DNA from: an uncultured Aquincola sp.
GTDB lineage: Bacteria > Pseudomonadota > Gammaproteobacteria > Burkholderiales > Burkholderiaceae_C
Reading direction: 5' to 3'
Assembly (NCBI RefSeq): GCF_964001545.1
Contig: NZ_CAXFDV010000667.1
Location: 1-44,278, forward strand
DNA length: 44,278 bases
This document shows positions 43,075-44,278 of this stretch, piece after piece. Position numbers and translations under genes: made by a program. Within the stretch, counting starts at the first letter, position 1. Each line of letters opens with the position of its first letter. The notes beneath the pieces were generated by a model that saw only the letters and a program-made list of their open reading frames with translations, was not told the DNA's origin and searched no databases.

Positions 43075-43509
43075 ATGAAGCGCGTCCAACAAGGTTTCAC
43101 CCTCATCGAACTGATGATCGTCGTGGCGATCATCGGCATTTTGGCTGCCGTGGCGCTGCCGGCTTACCAGAACTACACGATCAAGGCTAAGGTCGGCAAT
43201 GCGCTGCGCGCCGCCGATTCGGTCAAGACGGCCGTGGGTGTGTGCATCCAGGAACAAGGGGGCATCGCCACCGGCTGCAACGCCGGTGCTCTGGGCGTTC
43301 CTGCCTTCACCGCCACCAAGGAAGTGGCCTCGGCAACGACTACCAACGGCGTCATCGTGCTGACCCTGGCCACTGGCATCGGCAATGGTGTGGATGGCCA
43401 GACGATCACCTTCACGCCCACGATTGGCACCAGCGCCATCACCTGGAACAACACCACGACGGTCACTCAGGCCGAAGCCCTCGCGCTGATTCAGAAGAAC
43501 AACATGTAA
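43075..43509 (+). CDS. pilA: Type IVa major pilin
   Basis: Prepilin motif MKRVQQG|[35 protein letters not shown], own promoter and terminator; 144 aa. Confidence 0.93.
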   Translation: MKRVQQGFTLIELMIVVAIIGILAAVALPAYQNYTIKAKVGNALRAADSVKTAVGVCIQEQGGIATGCNAGALGVPAFTATKEVASATTTNGVIVLTLATGIGNGVDGQTITFTPTIGTSAITWNNTTTVTQAEALALIQKNNM

Positions 43510-43562
43510 GGATGTTGACGGCGACGTGGCCTCGCGAGGGCCCGCCGCACATGCAAGACCAG

Positions 43563-43590
43563 AAGGGTCCGCTGATGCGGACCCTTTTTG
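43563..43590 (+). terminator. Rho-independent terminator of pilA
   Basis: AAGGGTCCGC-TGAT-GCGGACCCTT followed by TTTG. Confidence 0.85.
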
Positions 43591-43716
43591 CTTCTGCACC
43601 GTGAACCGCGGGCTGTCAGCGTTCGGCACCTGCCCCACCTGTGCGAAAGTCCCCGCTTTCCGCACAGCACCACCGTCCATGGCGCGCACGCATTTCCTCT
43701 TTCCTTTCGGCCACCG

Positions 43717-44278
43717 GTGAACCAGCGCCCGCTTCTTCAGGGCGCCGGCTGGCTGGCCTTGCCGGCGGCTGTGGTGCCTGCGCTCATCGCGTTCAATGAG
43801 CCGCCTTCTTCCACCTTCTACAACCAGGCCGCAGCCGCTGTGCTGTGGGGGCTGTTCGCCGCGCTGAGCGTTGCCGGCCCCGGAGCCGGCTCTGCCGGTC
43901 CGCGCCGGTCCCCATGGGCCGCGCTGTGGCCGCTGGCCGTGCCCCTGCTGCTGCTGACCGGCTCGTCGCTGGCTTCTTCCGTCTGGGGCCACCTGCCCAT
44001 CACGCTGGGCCGGTTGTCCGCCCTGTCGCTGCTGGGCGCGCTGGTGATGGTGGGGGCGGGGTGGGCTGCGATGGCCCGGGGGCAGGGTCGGGTGTTGCCG
44101 GCGGTGTTCGTGGCCTGGCTGCTGGTCGGGGTGCTGAGCACCGCCATCGGCGTGGTGCAGGTGTTTGCGCCGGAGCTGGCCGATGGCAACGTGGTGGCCC
44201 GCACCGGGCTGCTGGGGCGCGCCGTGGGCAATCTGCGGCAGCCCAACCACCTGAGCAGCCTGCTGCTGTGGTCGGCCA
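43717..44278 (+). CDS. PglL/Wzy_C-type O-oligosaccharyltransferase (5' part; runs off the window)
   Basis: Hand-read frame from GTG 43717: ...AFNEPPSSTFYNQ... and hydrophobic helices, in frame with GRAVGNLRQPNHLSSLL (PglL-type GN..QPN motif) at the window end; next to the pilin. Confidence 0.8.
   Translation, partial: MNQRPLLQGAGWLALPAAVVPALIAFNEPPSSTFYNQAAAAVLWGLFAALSVAGPGAGSAGPRRSPWAALWPLAVPLLLLTGSSLASSVWGHLPITLGRLSALSLLGALVMVGAGWAAMARGQGRVLPAVFVAWLLVGVLSTAIGVVQVFAPELADGNVVARTGLLGRAVGNLRQPNHLSSLLLWSA

Overview
High-GC window that reads as a Burkholderiales-type betaproteobacterial chromosome segment (taxonomy inferred from gene content and order, not verified). The housekeeping backbone is ampG, an M48 peptidase, xth/pyrE, gatCAB, mreBCD-mrdA-rodA, a TctDE/QseBC-like two-component pair, recA-recX with an SOS box, sucCD, two TerC-family genes (the second behind a yybP-ykoY Mn2+ riboswitch), a sigma54-driven type IV pilin and a partial PglL-type O-oligosaccharyltransferase. 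Five less ordinary items stand out. (1) A minus-strand trans-envelope cyclic-nucleotide signalling cassette (9799-17151) encodes a LuxR-type regulator, a Crp-family regulator, a CHASE2 class III cyclase with swapped base-specifying residues (K->D, T/D->R), a ~1136-aa FecR-TPR-beta-barrel receptor split by an 8-bp tandem duplication, and an uncalled 45-aa secreted Cys-hairpin microprotein. (2) A Ser/Thr kinase-PP2C-double FHA-CHASE2 adenylate cyclase-class II phosphodiesterase module sits directly upstream of the pilin. (3) Three tandem family-5 solute-binding proteins lack transporter genes in the window and are followed by an ECF sigma/anti-sigma pair. (4) Two copies of a three-hairpin intergenic element share loops but have different, still-pairing stems. 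(5) Paired TGAC-N7-GTCA palindromes lie upstream of the pilin sigma54 promoter. All calls come from reading the sequence and recalled family motifs; no searches were run.
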